DNA of 64,000 bases from Iphione sp. A-MEVVRFRX5 (taxonomy: Eukaryota), in NCBI GenBank assembly GCA_976226885.1, contig OZ320318.1, forward strand, positions 68,262,001 to 68,326,000, given 5' to 3'. The translations under genes were made by a program, and so were the position numbers. The notes beneath the pieces were generated by a model. It was not told the DNA's origin and ran no database searches. It saw only the letters and a program-made list of their open reading frames with translations. Of this stretch, positions 12,900 through 25,570 are shown in pieces (within the stretch, counting starts at the first letter, position 1; every line of letters begins with the position of its first letter).

Positions 12900-13125
12900 A
12901 AGTATCATTTGACATGAAATATATAATATTATTAGGCGTTCCATTTATGAAACTGGTTGTGCCTTATGGAATGAACTACCTGATCATGTAAAAGGTGGTA
13001 AAACCCTGAGTGAGTTCAACAAATGTATAAAGAAAATGTAAGCCTAAGCACATTGTAAATATGTTGCAAACTGAAGAACTCCTGTCAGGAGATCACTTTG
13101 AGACAATAAAAATTATTATTATTAT
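12900..13125 (+). mobile_element. 3' end of a 5'-truncated CR1/L2-group LINE
   Basis: Translates IRRSIYETGCALWNELPDHVKGGKTLSEFNKCIKKM* (cf. LWN.LP..SL..FK). Followed by AATAAA and an (ATT)n tail at ~13105-13125. Confidence 0.65.
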
Positions 13126-15031
13126 AACATCAATTAATGGTTTAACATTCCATATAATGTTTTTGTAAGCTGTTTACCATAAATTAATGGTATATAAAGA
13201 AGCTGCTTGTGCACTCTCATCACACCGTCAACTACAAGAAGCTTCATTGCTGTTTCCAGAATAAAGGCTGAGAATTGAACATGACCAGTATGGTGTACAT
13301 TCTCTTGCTACAATTTGCTTAAACAGGGTTCAATAAGCGCAACTTGTAGAGTTCCTATAGTGTAGAAGGGACAGCTTGGGGTCATTCAGTGCAGGCTCAG
13401 GGCAGTAACTACAGTACATGAGATTCATGTAAATATTTTGGTCTCATGTCTGAATAATGTATATTTGTATATTCTTAGAATTTTTATTTCAGTCTTTTGT
13501 ATACATTTACATTTACATATCTCTCAGAAGCATAGGATGAACCCAATTAGTTACTGCCTGATCCTACATCTGATTGATTGTTATGCATTCACAATGGGGT
13601 ACATTGTTTAATATACTTTTTCATATGAGGATTCCATTAGATTTTGTTGAGTGTTCACGCTTGCATCACACAAGTAGGACGTTAGCCAAGTATACAGAGA
13701 AAAAAAATCCATTAGATTTTTGTTCGCCTCTAAGGCAGGACTTTGAAGGAATAAACTAGGCTTTAAGCTGGACTAAGCTTAAATTAAGATTTACAATATT
13801 CTCTCTTAAGGCAAGGGTTACTGAGAATAGCGCTGTACCAATCGATCCATGATGCTATAAGGCATCATTCATCTTTTAGAAAGGAATGCATTAATACCTC
13901 ATTAGGCTTTTTTTCTGGAACTGCCTTCAAGCATGATAGCAGGGTTAAGAAAAATATATAGATTCGTGAACTTTTCAGGTGGCTGATTTATTCTCTTTAA
14001 TCAGACTTTGGGTAGATTTCACCTTTGCGTCCTACGTTAGCAACATATTCGGTGGTTAAATTCCACCAGCGTCGTTATCTCTACTCAGAACAGCTAGTTC
14101 CGCTATCCAATTGATCTAACATCCAGTCAACAGAGGCAGTACTTCAAACTGTTACTTAACGAATATTTAGGTGACTCCACGTATTTCATATCTTTAGTAT
14201 GTTAACGTTTCTACTTAGGTTGTATCCGATCGAGTACTAATTTCGTATGCAATATCGGTTCTGAAATGTCCCCGTCACAATTCTCAACCTCATTGAGATC
14301 ATCCAATTCTTAGTTTGGTTGTCCCTGTGGTTTTCAACTGTATTATAATATAAGGTCAGAAGTGGCCGCTCCCCCCTACACTGGGAATGGAGCTACGTTC
14401 TGTTGGACTGAAGGTTTTAAAGTATTCTCCCTTGATGTTAGTTTATGTGCATATTTTTATTTAATCACTGGATTTGTGTATGACAGTCCTACTGCTGCAG
14501 TATGTTAACATGAAAAAAAACGTTATTGGCCCCAGTTTGAATGATCAGGTCCATCAGGCATTAGCGACATTTGTTGCATTCTGATCTTCATTAATCTATA
14601 ATATATTTTCATGTCATGATAAGGCTTGTTTATTTCAAACAGTATGATACCCACATATGTAAATACATGCAGTGAAACAAATCTAAAACATCACTTTCAC
14701 CAGCTGTGACTATGTGTATGAAAGTTTCATGCACAAGAGAATGACGTCAAATGTAGCAGTGCATCATTCACCCCAAAAAATATAAATTGATTCTTACATG
14801 CACAATATCTCATTCACTGTTTAATGATGTTCTATGATATTGTTACATATGTAAATTACATTGTTTGTTACATATGTAAATTCCCATTACATGCGCATAC
14901 GTACATATCAATAATAGAGAGACAACTAATAAATTCGGACAATAATAATTCTGGTGCCTTTAAGTAGTATACTAGTAGTCTGAGTCAGGACAACGACACA
15001 ATATAAATCGTTGAGGCCTTGCCAAGCTGTT

Positions 15032-15796
15032 TGTAGAGTGTATTGTCTCGACGAGGAAGTTTATCCAATCTAAAGCACCCCTCCCTCCTTCTGTGTGACT
15101 TCCTGGATAAAGGTTGTGTCTAGAAAGGTGGCCGAGGCAGCTGTTAAAGTTATAAGCATAGTTAGGATCGACTGCAAGGAATAACCTACAGCTAATTTTC
15201 CAGAGGCTTGAAATCCACCTTATATAACCGTGACAACATGTGGCCAGAGGAGGACATTCAAGTAAATGTGTAAAAGTGACTTCAGAGGCTTCAAAGCCAC
15301 CTTATATCACCATGACAACACATGTCCAAAGGAGGCACTCCCCCAAAATGACTGTCCTGATTAGAGACATCCTTCTATATAGGTTATGTAGGGAACAAAG
15401 TTGGTTCTTTTCCGAATCATCTGCATTTGGGATGCGTCCATATTGTAGACGTGTCTGCAAGAGGATGTTCCACTGTAAATGGGGTGTTGTGCTCCAACCA
15501 GCATGCGCTGGTCCACCAAGGTGAATCTGGTAATCTGTGATCCAGTACTCTGGTATGTGCCCTGGCGCTCTGATGTTCGACTAACGTTCCCTGGATCAAC
15601 CTACTTAATACTGGACCGTGATATATTGTGTTATTACTGTGAAAGCCATTAGGCCAATGTTTGTATATAAGCAGGATTAAAAGTTCAATAAACAGACACC
15701 CATAAACTCTGAGGTTGTGTACCTGGAGTGAACCAGATATTTTTGGTGTAAATATTCTTTATTCGTTGATATACTTTCTACTAGGCTTACGTTACA
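15032..15796 (+). mobile_element. Solo-LTR-like segment
   Basis: Possible TGT...ACA ends, an internal ~80-bp duplication (CCACCTTATAT..CC.TGACAACA), TATATAAG at ~15665 and AATAAA at ~15688. No TSD confirmed. Confidence 0.3.
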
Positions 15797-16129
15797 ATAT
15801 TTTATCAGAGATTTTGCTTAAAAAATGCCATGACCTTACAGCAACATGACAAATTTCAGTGGAGCTTAATTAAGCTAAACATGCCTTAAATTCATTTTAA
15901 AAAAAGGGAGAAAAATGGGTGTGGGGGTGTCACCCCAAATCGGTTGATAAAAAAAGAAAGGGATGTCTAACAGAATTTTGCAATCTGATTTTAATAACAA
16001 CAATAGATCTACAAACCCATCAACTGCCCTTCAGTCACTGCCTAGACTGCATGGTTACGTGGATAAGAGCAAAGTAGGGGGTTAGTTTATTGAACCCCAT
16101 ATTTATACCCTAATCTCTATCCATCTGCA

Positions 16130-17810
16130 TAAAGATCCCGTCCCTCTACTACCTGAAATTCCTACGTTGATACTCCCTCCGCATTAATTCCCTCTGCACA
16201 ACACTTTTCCCTACCTAGTCTAATCTTGTCCCACCCATGAACTTCAAGATTAACATCATGTTCATTAAGAAATTCGCACATAATATTGAATTCGTCCATC
16301 CTAAGTCCTAAGGGTATGGGGCGTACTCCCCAGTACCAATCTGCAAACAAATACTCAATCTCCGGAGGGAGATCATCCTCGATCCTCTGTAAACAACTTG
16401 TTTTGCACAATTACACACAGTCGCCCCTTCCTCCGCACCACTCTTCCCTTCCCCATCGACCTTAGGATTATCCATCCCAGTGGAGGCCTAGTTAAGAGAG
16501 TCACTAGCCGGTGGGAGGCCCAACGTAACCAATCCGAGAGTATAAATGTTTTTTCTGAATGGCATCTCCCTAGTGCCCCAGGAGAGGGTGGCTTGTGGGA
16601 GCCACAACCAGCAGAGGCCTCAGTATTAATGTCCTCCTCAACAGTTTGGGAGGCGTTCTCCCCCTCCTCCTTGTCTGCCCTCTTGGTGGTGGAAGAGAAG
16701 GCCCTGGTTGGTCAGAATGCTGCTTGTAGTGGGAGGAGGGCCTGTCTCCCTCATTCCCATTTCATACTCCTCAGCAGATGGAGGAGGCACCTTCTCGGCA
16801 AGCTGGTCAGCACACTGCATGTCCTGGGAGGAGTGCCCATCTCCCACCCTCCCATAGGTGTCCCCCTCCTGGGGCAGAGGAGGCACCTTCTCAGAGGGTT
16901 GATCAGACCACTTCTCATCCTGGGAGGAGGGCCCATCTCCCTCCCTCCCGTTTTTGTCCCCCTCTGCAGACGGAGGAGGCACCTTCTTGGCAAACTGGTC
17001 TGCGTGCTGCATGTTGTGGGAGGAGGGCCCATCTCCATCCCTCATGTGTTCATCTCCCTCCGTGGTTGGAGGGAGCACCTCCTCGACAGGTTGGTCAGGG
17101 CACTGAACAACATGGGAGGAGGGCTGCTCTTCCCCCGGTCAGGCACCCCAGAGATGGGGTGGGCAGAGCCGCTACTTCTCCCTTGCTATCCGAAGTTGAC
17201 AGGTGCCGTGTTCTCTTCTTTTGGGGAGGGAAGCTGGATTCTTCCCTCTTATGTGAACACTTGTGGTGGCAGTCTCTGCTATGCCGCTCCTGATGCCTCC
17301 GCTTCTCATTATGACAGCTATGGTGGTGGACTGAGGAGGCTTCTGACATGGATCCACTCTCCTCTGTCCCCTCCTCTTGGTGTCCTGCCTGTGCCTTGGT
17401 CTTGGCTCGCCCCTTAAGGATTTACGACCCCTGGTCCTGGTAGAACTTGAAGTATTTTTAATGGATCTTTGACAACAGTCTTTGAGTCCCCCCTCCACGA
17501 GGTGGGCCTTTGAGTAAAGTTGTCTCTTCAAATCTTCTGTCCACATGAAGATCTTGCCTCCACATGCTTCTGCCTCACACCCCCATGCAAACCCCTCAGT
17601 ATTGTGAGTCTGAACATGGCATTTGAGGTTATCACTCCAGTCACATTGCTTCCGACAGATGGGGCAGGCAAAGTCTTCTTCCTTTCCCTTAGGCATGGCA
17701 ATGAGTAGTGGAGAGACCATGTGGGCGGCCTGGTTTTTATGCTGGTCAACAGGGGAATCACCCTCCATGGCTTTCTCATTGACTGCCATGGTACCTCCAC
17801 ACCTCCACAA
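16130..17810 (-). mobile_element. Decayed accessory ORF downstream of Gypsy integrase: C2H2 zinc fingers, basic linker, 32-aa repeats, unknown C-terminal domain
   Basis: 17172..17810 encodes FACPICRKQCDWSDNLKCHVQTH plus a second degenerate finger (CEAEACGGKIF...). 16638..17078 encodes the repeats. 16162..16410 encodes LPPEIEYLFADWYWGVRPIPL. Same strand as, and directly 3' of, the integrase C-terminus. Confidence 0.6.
16700..17140. repeat. 96-bp coding minisatellite (~4.5 diverged copies)
   Basis: The GGAGGCACCTT anchor recurs at 16783, 16879 and 16975, with a variant at 17071. The period is 96 bp, giving the unit KVPPPSAEGDKNGREGDGPSSQDEKWSDQPSE on the minus strand. Confidence 0.9.
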
Positions 17811-17894
17811 ACCTCACCCCCACCATTGATTGGCCAACAGGATTTGAATCTTAACAGTCACTCTACAGAGAAGGTGGAGGCCCTCCCTCTATGG

Positions 17895-18815
17895 TCAAGT
17901 TTCTGACTCTGCCATATGAAGGGTGGCCACCAGGGCTGCTCCTTCTGGGGCCAGCGGGACCCCCTTCTTCAGGAGGTCAGCATGCACTACTCGCTCCTTC
18001 CATCCCTTGCGAATCCGGAAGACTGCTGGAGAAAGTCCCTTAGCTACCTGCCACATCCCCTGCCAAAACCGTTGAGGCTTATGGGAGAGGCCCACCTTCT
18101 TTAATGGCAGGAATAGGTAGACCTCCTCCCCCTGTGCAAATTGCTGGGACTGGACCTTACAGCTGTACCAGTTGGTCTGCCGCTGCACTCAGCTTCCAAG
18201 CTTGTTGAACACCAAGGCTGGGGCCTGAGCCATGAACTCGAGCCTCGAGTTGAGTTATTCCCCTAGGTTCACCCATTCCTCCCCAGGGAGTGCCCCATAA
18301 GAAGCTTCTACAGGTAGCGTGCCAGACCAAGAAAGGCTCAGGATCCCCCCAGGTGGTGGGGGGATGGGCCAGTCGACCACCGCAGCTACCTTCTCGGGAT
18401 CAGGCTGAACTCCCTCTGCACTCACAATGTGCCCCAGTTATTGCACACTAGGGTGGAGGAGCTGACAGTTAGTGGGTTTGACCTTGAGCCCCGACTCTTG
18501 CAGCTGCCGGAGGACCTCTGAGAGCTGGTTGCACATCTCTTCCACTGTCTGACCCATCATGATCACATCATCGAGGTTGACCAAACAGGCATCGCCGACC
18601 AGTCCTTGCAACACCACATCCATAGGCCTATTGAACATTGATGGCACATTACATAGCCATAAGGGCATCACCTTCAATTGTTAGTTGTTGCAGGGGGTGC
18701 AGACTGCTGTTTTGGGCATGTCCTCCACCCTCATGGCTACCCGCGAGTAGCTGGAGGCGAGGTCAATCAGGGTGAAGTAGCGGGTCCGGACCAGCGGGTC
18801 CAAGGTATTGTCTAC
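17895..18815 (-). mobile_element. Ty3/Gypsy RT fragment fused by internal deletion to the integrase C-terminal domain
   Basis: RT motifs TLDPL..YFTLIDLASSY, VMPLWLCNVPSMF, CLVNLDDVI and LGHIVSAEGVQPDPEKV. Then 17895..18188 reads QRQTNWY...F..GEEVYLF.P..G.S.K..W.G.W.V..LS..VFRI...VVHADLLK. Confidence 0.9.
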
Positions 18816-19439
18816 TGGACTGTGACAGAGGAGAAGTAAAGATTAAAGCTAGAGATGCAGGCTAAGAGAAGGACATCAAATGTTCATTTCCATGTCAAAC
18901 ACTTGGCACATCAATCATTAGCCTGATAGCATGCAACATACTCTCCAATACATTAACTCTATGTTTTCCATTGTGTTTTTTCCCTGTAGGGATTAATGGG
19001 ACAGAAGCAACACAGAGGTCAGGGCAACCAGTATCCAACTGCCAACCAAAGAATCACAGTCTTTTCATTTCATTGTATCTAGATCATTCAAACCGTCAGG
19101 ATTAAAAGCTAATCAAACCACATCTCAATTGTTAATATGTTTGATTTGTACCTTTTTCCAGGTAGAAATGGTACAAACATAAAGTCATTTTACCAGAACT
19201 TTAGCACGTAAGTTTGTCAATATATATACATAAATATACATGTGTTATTTAATTGTGGAACAAAAGGAAGAGGGTACCACTGTTGGAAGGAGAAGACTAT
19301 AAAATTGGTGAGTTTAGACTGTTATTAGACTGTATACTGGGTGTGAAAAAGGACATGGGACAAGCAGGCGACAAGCAGGCACGGTACCATGATCCCTTTG
19401 TCCCAGCTCGGGCAAACTGAACGCACAAACAACACACTG

Positions 19440-19510
19440 AAGTACATTTTTAGGAGGCTTTATTAAGAATCACAATGTTTCAGCGAACAAGTTGTGCCTT
19501 CTTCAGGGGC
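19440..19510 (-). mobile_element. Penelope-like 3' terminal remnant with a degenerate hammerhead-like core
   Basis: The minus strand reads CTGAAGA-AGGCACAACTTGTTCGCT-GAAAC, followed ~13 nt later by AATAAA. Confidence 0.3.
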
Positions 19511-19689
19511 AAATAATGATAATATTTGAAACTCGAAGATACCCTTTGGGGCTCCTTAGTAGCATATAATATGTGCCTATAGTAAACTGTGAACACTTCT
19601 GGCTTGCTGCCAAAAGTTATTTGGAAGTAAATCTACATGTACAAATACATGTATACACTTCAATGAATTTCCAATATGTATCTACATGT

Positions 19690-19986
19690 CGGCTTTCTTT
19701 TCAGAAGCATGCTTCGTATATTCCGCAGAAGTCCATCCTTGGCAGAAGGCACTGCGCTGTTGCAATTGCAGGGGTGTCCAGCACCATACTTACAGTGGCA
19801 TGTCCAGGCAGGAATGTCAAAAGTTAAAGGGGTCAGAAGATGGTAGCTGGACCTGCAAAGTCTGTGAGAGCCTGCTGACAACACCGGTTTCTGTTGCAAA
19901 CAGCATCACAGTGGAAGACTCTGTGATGTCCGAAGATAGGGTGGAGCAGAAAAGCGATGACCAGAATTGGACCTTGCAGCTGGAAG

Positions 19987-20035
<49 letters not shown>

Positions 20036-21480
20036 CGAGCCTGCAGCCGACCAAGGGCCCAAGAAGGCAGCTGATACTCTCCCTGTAGCCACCAATGTGG
20101 TGCCTGCAGCCCACCAAGAGCCCACAGAGGCGGCTGATGATGTTGATTTGCAATTGAATAAGACCTCGTCCTCACTGCTCAGGAGTCTTCAAGTGTTGAC
20201 AATGAAGATGAGCCATGGAGATTTCTGATCAGCCCCCCTAGCTGCTCATCTAGGTCAGATCCAGGCCCTGGTCCCTGTTTTCCTGGCAGCTGCCCCCCTA
20301 GCTGCTCCTCCAGGCTAAGGCCAGGCCTGCATCCCCATGGCCAGCCATGAGGAGCCTCAAACTGATAACAACAATGATAATAAGCCTGGGGAGACAACTT
20401 ATCACATCCCCCTAGCTGTTCCTCCAAGCCAAGGCCAGGCCCGAGTACCTGCTGTCATCTCAAGCAGCGATGACAAATCTACCACCGATGATGAGTCTAC
20501 AAGCAACGACAATCATGATGAGCCCATGGAGATGTCGGATCCCGCCCCTCATGCTGCTGGTCATGGACAGGTTCCAGCCAAGGTACATGCGCCCGAGGAG
20601 GATGTGGAGGCAGCCCACCGACCTCCGGATAGTTTGACCTCCACTAATTTGATATTGTTATTAAACATTTTATGACAAGGCTATGTGCTATATAATTTGA
20701 ATTAAATTTTGTCATTATAAACTAAATCAAACTAATTCTGTTATCATATTATTATCCTTTAACTTAATGGATGAGGCTATTCGGAAAAGATTAGCTACAT
20801 ATTTTTTTTCATGTATGCAACATTCTACCTAGAGCTTCACTTATATGGTCTTTGTATTTTTTGGGAGATCAAAAAAGAGGCTGTGGATAGGCTTTTTGAG
20901 TGATCAGGCAAGATTGTGAAAGATGCCATTGAAAAATACTCAGATGGGAAAGTCAACCTGCCCAACTATGAATATCTGATGTGGTGTTGTTTGAGGGCAT
21001 GTTCGGGCCTGAACAACCTTCAAGCCTCTACTTCGATGTCTACATGAAGTATGTACCAAAGGACTTCCTCCAAGCTGACATTAGAATGGATGGCAGGCAC
21101 CGCCATCTGATATTCACTACCAATGAGCAACTTGAATACCTGGCCAAGGTGAGGTCATGGTACACCGATGGCACCTTCAAAGTGGCATAACATCAGTTTG
21201 TACAATTGTTCAGCATCCATGCCTTCTTCTGTTCGGGGAAGGACTGCAAGCAGTTTCCCCAGGTCTTTGTGTTGATATCAAGGCGGAAGAAGGCAGATTA
21301 ATGGTGTTTGAGGAAATCAAGATGGTTCTACCCTTCCCAGTTGTGGTGGAGGAAGTGATGTTGGACTTTGACAGGCAATGTGGGAGGGGGGGGGGCTTCA
21401 AAGCCATGATTGAGAAGGTGATCATCAAGGGATGATCGTTTCACTGGGCTCAAGGGGTGTACAAAAAATTAAAAGTGCAC
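19690..21480 (+). mobile_element. Decayed Mutator-like (MULE) DNA transposon: PHD finger, acidic linker and DDE transposase
   Basis: PHD-like motif ACFVYSAEVHPWQKALRCCNCRGVQHHTYSG...WTCKVC (~19705-19870). MULE motifs VPKDFL..D, WYTDGTFK, FVQLFSIH, LDFD and G*SFHWAQGVYKK (20990-21470). Stops and frameshifts present; TIRs not identified. Confidence 0.85.
19989..20033. repeat. (GAT)n microsatellite (poly-Asp in the MULE linker)
   Basis: Directly visible. Confidence 0.95.
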
Positions 21481-22269
21481 TAATGGAGCCTTCCTCTTAT
21501 GTGAGCAGGCATAGCAGAAGCTGACCTGGTTACACGATGCCTTTACATTTGAGTGACATTCCAAAGAGCCTACAGATAGTGTCTGTACTGAATGCTGTGT
21601 GATTTATAGAACCATTGCTTTCGTGCTGTGCACACTCTATTTGGTTGTTTTTTATGTATTTGTCATTATTTTATGCAAATTTACAAATAAATGTCTGTCA
21701 TCCGAAAACATTGCTGTTTATGTCTAATCCAAAATATGTTTATGTTAATTTTTAAAAATCAAAACAAGATTTAAATATGACCTGTAATTCAGAAGTTTCA
21801 AGTTTATTTACCTCACTGAATGCCATTAGGTTGTACTATAAGTGTAGCTGATATAGTTGTAAAGTATGAGGCCTGAAGTAGTGAGTTTACAGCAAAACTT
21901 AATCATAGAATTTAAGGTAGGGTTAAGTCAGGGAGCCGCTGGCAAACAACGACATACATCAAGCCAGAGATCTTAGGTGAACTGGTGAACTGTAACATGA
22001 GTTGATTATGTAGGGTGAAGTGTATTTAGTGTTAAGGGCAGAGCTGATGTCAAGGGAGGCTCATGAGAGAACACCATTGGTTAAGTGAAATATTGAAAAG
22101 GAGATTCGATCAAGTAGGAACTGGGAGTTTACGTAAACTCCTGGTCACAAGCATGAGAATGAGAGAACACCATTGGTTAAATGATGTCTGATCCCGCCCC
22201 TCATTTTGCTGGAGGATGCACAGGATCCCGCCCCTCATGCTGAAGGTTGCCTATCCGCTCCCCCGCAAT

Positions 22270-23320
22270 GACGACACCCTGGATGCAGTGCGAGGTGGAC
22301 TACTTGGGCCACCGGGTGTCTGCCGAGGGGGTAGGGGTTGACCCAGAGAAAGTATGGGCCATCCTGGAGTGGCCTCGCCCCCACTGCACGGCGGAAATAT
22401 GCAGCTTCCTAGGGCTCTGCTCCTATTATAGGAGTTTTGTGAAGGGATTTGGTACCATTGCTGCCCCACTTCATTCCCTGGTGGATAAGGCAGCTGAGTT
22501 TCGCTGGTCAGAGGCATGCCAGGAGTCGTTTGAGACCCTGAAGCTGCGGCTGGCATCCAACCCGCTGTTGAGATACCCGGCCCCTCAAGGAAGGTTGCTG
22601 CTAGACACGGACACCTTGGATACTGGGATTGGAGCAGTGCTCACCCAGGAACAGGAGGGTCATGTGCGGGTGTTGGCCTATGCCAGCCACACCTTCACGC
22701 GCCAAGAACACACCTACTGTGTGACTCGGAGGGAGCTGCTGGCAGTAGTCTTCGCGCTAAGGAAATTCGGCTGCTACGTGGGCAGCCACCCAGTCGAAAT
22801 ACGCACTGACCATGACTCCCTGAAGTGGCTTTGCAATTTCAGGGAGCCTCAAGGTCAGTTGGCATGCTGGCTGGAGGAGGTGTTCTGTCATGACGTACAG
22901 ATCACCCACTGGTCTGGCTGACAGCACACCAACACGGATGGAAAGAATGCAAACAATGCGGCCAGAGGGAGGGGTCGCAAGGTGAACGAGCAGCAGCGGT
23001 CACCCTAGTAGGGGTGGAAGGCAGCCCCGAGTTGTCAGCGGCCCTGAGAGAGGAGCCAGCCATGGCAGAGCTGCTTGCGGTGATGGAAGAGGGGCGTGGC
23101 CCCCTGGCCTTGCGTCTGGGGTTGAACTGGGAGAAGAGGCATTTGCGCTCAGAGGGAGGCTGCCTGGCTCAGTGCAACGGGACCCTGGTCTGGCTCTGGA
23201 AGTGGGAGGACAGGCAGACAGTGCCCCAGGCCTACGTCCTGAGGGCTCTCCGAAAAGCCCTCTGGCAAGAGGCCCATGTGGGGGCCTTGGGGGGACACCT
23301 GTTAGCAGAGAAGAAGGGAG
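22270..23320 (+). mobile_element. Ty3/Gypsy pol fragment: RT C-terminus, RNase H and start of integrase
   Basis: YLGHRVSAEGVGVDPEKV, SFLGLCSYYRSFV, LLLDTD...GIGAVLTQ, YCVTRRELLAVV and RTDHDSLKWL. Then AHVGALGGHL (integrase H2C2 start), truncated at ~23320. Confidence 0.95.
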
Positions 23321-25570
23321 CAATGCTCTGATTTTGGTGGTTCCCAGGGGTTCCCACCGCACCAACTCCGGCCGGAGGATGGGCACTGAAGAGGGGGAAA
23401 CAACTACACCCCCGGCCACCCAAGCCCTTCCTCAAAAGGTGGATGCCAGCACACCAGTTCAAGACGAGTGTCCCACTGAGGCGACCCAGGCTGTGGCGCC
23501 ACCCTCACCTGCAACCACCCTTCCAGTAGGGGAGCTGCAGGCCACAAATGAGCCCCAACCATCAACCTCCACCGGGACTGCAACACCAGCGGGAGCAAAA
23601 GCTATAGGGGGCCGAAAGAAGAAGAAGAAGTCAAGCCGCTCCCAGACCGTCTCTCCCAGTGGAAAGAGGGCCTGACTGCGGATGGGAGTGGTATCCCGAG
23701 ATTGACCGGAGGTTACCCCCAGCACCCCGGGCCAAACCAGTGGCCGATGTTCGGCTAGTGCACTGGGATAGAGTGCAGAGACGGTCTCTGAAGGCTCGGC
23801 CCCAGCAGCCATACCAACTGGACTGGGTCCTCGGGCCCCCACCTCGACGCCACCCGTATCCCGTCCAGTGAGTCAGAGGAGGGGAGCGCGCCCCATGGGG
23901 GCGGCACCATGGGCACCACTAGAAGCAGTCAGGAGTCCCTACCTCCCTTCCGCTATGACCGAGGAGTCGCCCGTCACACCTACGGTCATATTACGCCTGG
24001 GGGGGCCCACCCGTGGACACCACCCCCACCACCTTGGGTGTTGACACCAGGGGATATCAACCTACCACCCCCAGCCGAAGCAACACATGTACGCCGGCTG
24101 TTCACGGAAGAAGAGGAGCAGGTGCCCTCCCCCAACTGCGCGGCCCAGATATTGCATCACTTTCCTCCCCAGAGAAGGTCTCCCCTGCTCCACCTCCCGC
24201 GATGGACGACCCCACAGCAACCTGTCCCGCAGGTTGCCCTGTTGTGAGTATGACCTGGCAAGTGGGCATCAGGGCCACCTTCCGCTTGTCTGTGGCAGAC
24301 AAGAGCTCCCAGTCATAAACTGCGGTTACCTGGCCAGGGCCGAGGGCCCCCACGTTGTGTGGCCTCACCACACCCCAGGGCTCCCCTGGAGTCAGACGAG
24401 GACTCAGAGCAACAGTTGGACTCGTGCCTCAGCCTGGGCTGGTCCTGACCACTTGAGGCCATGGAAGTCGTGGACTTAGTCACACCCCCTGGGACCCCTG
24501 GACCACCCCCCCATGCCCCACCCAACCCCCACCCAACCCCTACCCCCATGAAGAGAACGAGATTGGTTGGCACCAGAGCCACCCCTACCCAGGGGGCAGA
24601 TGACAGCTCAGACATGACAGTGTAGGAATTCCGGCAGCAGGCCATACGACAGGCTGCTCAGGCCACAGTGGGGGGCGCTGCCCCGCAGGTGGACTTGGCA
24701 ACCGACCCTCTCTTCGAGGGGGACTCAGACAAGGATGCTGGATCCGTGACGGAACTCAAGGAAGTGCTGTGGTCCATCCAACCGACGGGCCCGGGATCTG
24801 CTGTGACCAAGCCAGACGAGACCCACCCTCCCCTGAACAAAAGGACTGGTGTGCACAGGGTACCCCCAGTGCCACGGGAACCAGCCGCACCCTCAGAGCT
24901 GACAGGGGAGGGGTTGAGACGAGAGAGTGCCATGACACCCCCCCCTGAGCACCAAGTGACAAAAGCCAAACTGCCTGCAGGGCACCATTGAGCTCACGGT
25001 GGAGGGCCTGCCGGTGCTGCCCACAGAGGCAGTTGCAGCAACTACTTCCGAGCAGACTACCACGGCTGAATCGCCCAACAGTGGACCAGCGGATTAGCAA
25101 TCCCCCGCACAAGTGAGGCCTGGCCCAGCATTCCCTTCCATAGCAGGGACACTTGCCCTGGGGGAGCCCACCCTGTACCAACCCTCCGCGGAGACGATGG
25201 TGGTGGAAATCGTACCGTCAGGTGGGCCATTCGACAGAGAGCCAATGACAACTTCCGAATGTCCGGAGGATGGTACAGAGTTGCCAGCCATCGAGGGTTC
25301 GGGCCACCCATGATGGAGGAGGGACGGCTGTCGGGTCCACCCACTCGGGAAGAGCACCCGGCAGACACAGGGGCACCAGACACCACCGCTACAGGAGCTG
25401 ACAACACCTTACCCCCCAGCAACCCAACTCAGTCGGTGACCGACCCAGCTTCGACACCGCCTACTGCACCCAATGGGAGTACAGCTCAGCCTGCGCAGTT
25501 GGGCCCCCGCCATCCATCCCACTCCACACCAGGCGGTTTGGGGATACGACCGCCACTGAGTTCCCCCCTG
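23320..25570 (+). mobile_element. Fragmented Pro/Thr/Ser-rich accessory ORF region following the Gypsy pol fragment
   Basis: A GC-rich run of overlapping ORFs (23172..23675, 23659..23871, 23909..24247, 24668..24991, 25113..25500) including a KKKKK tract and a Trp-rich block. No known domain recognised. Confidence 0.45.

Noticed and set aside
16700-17140. Regularly spaced repeats as a CRISPR array (also 52219-52402)
   Set aside because: The whole unit repeats with no unique spacers, there are no cas genes, and the context is eukaryotic.
16398-17417. 339-aa plus-strand ORF, the longest in the window
   Set aside because: It is the antisense shadow of the GC-rich 96-bp repeat region. The minus strand carries the zinc fingers and matches pol orientation.
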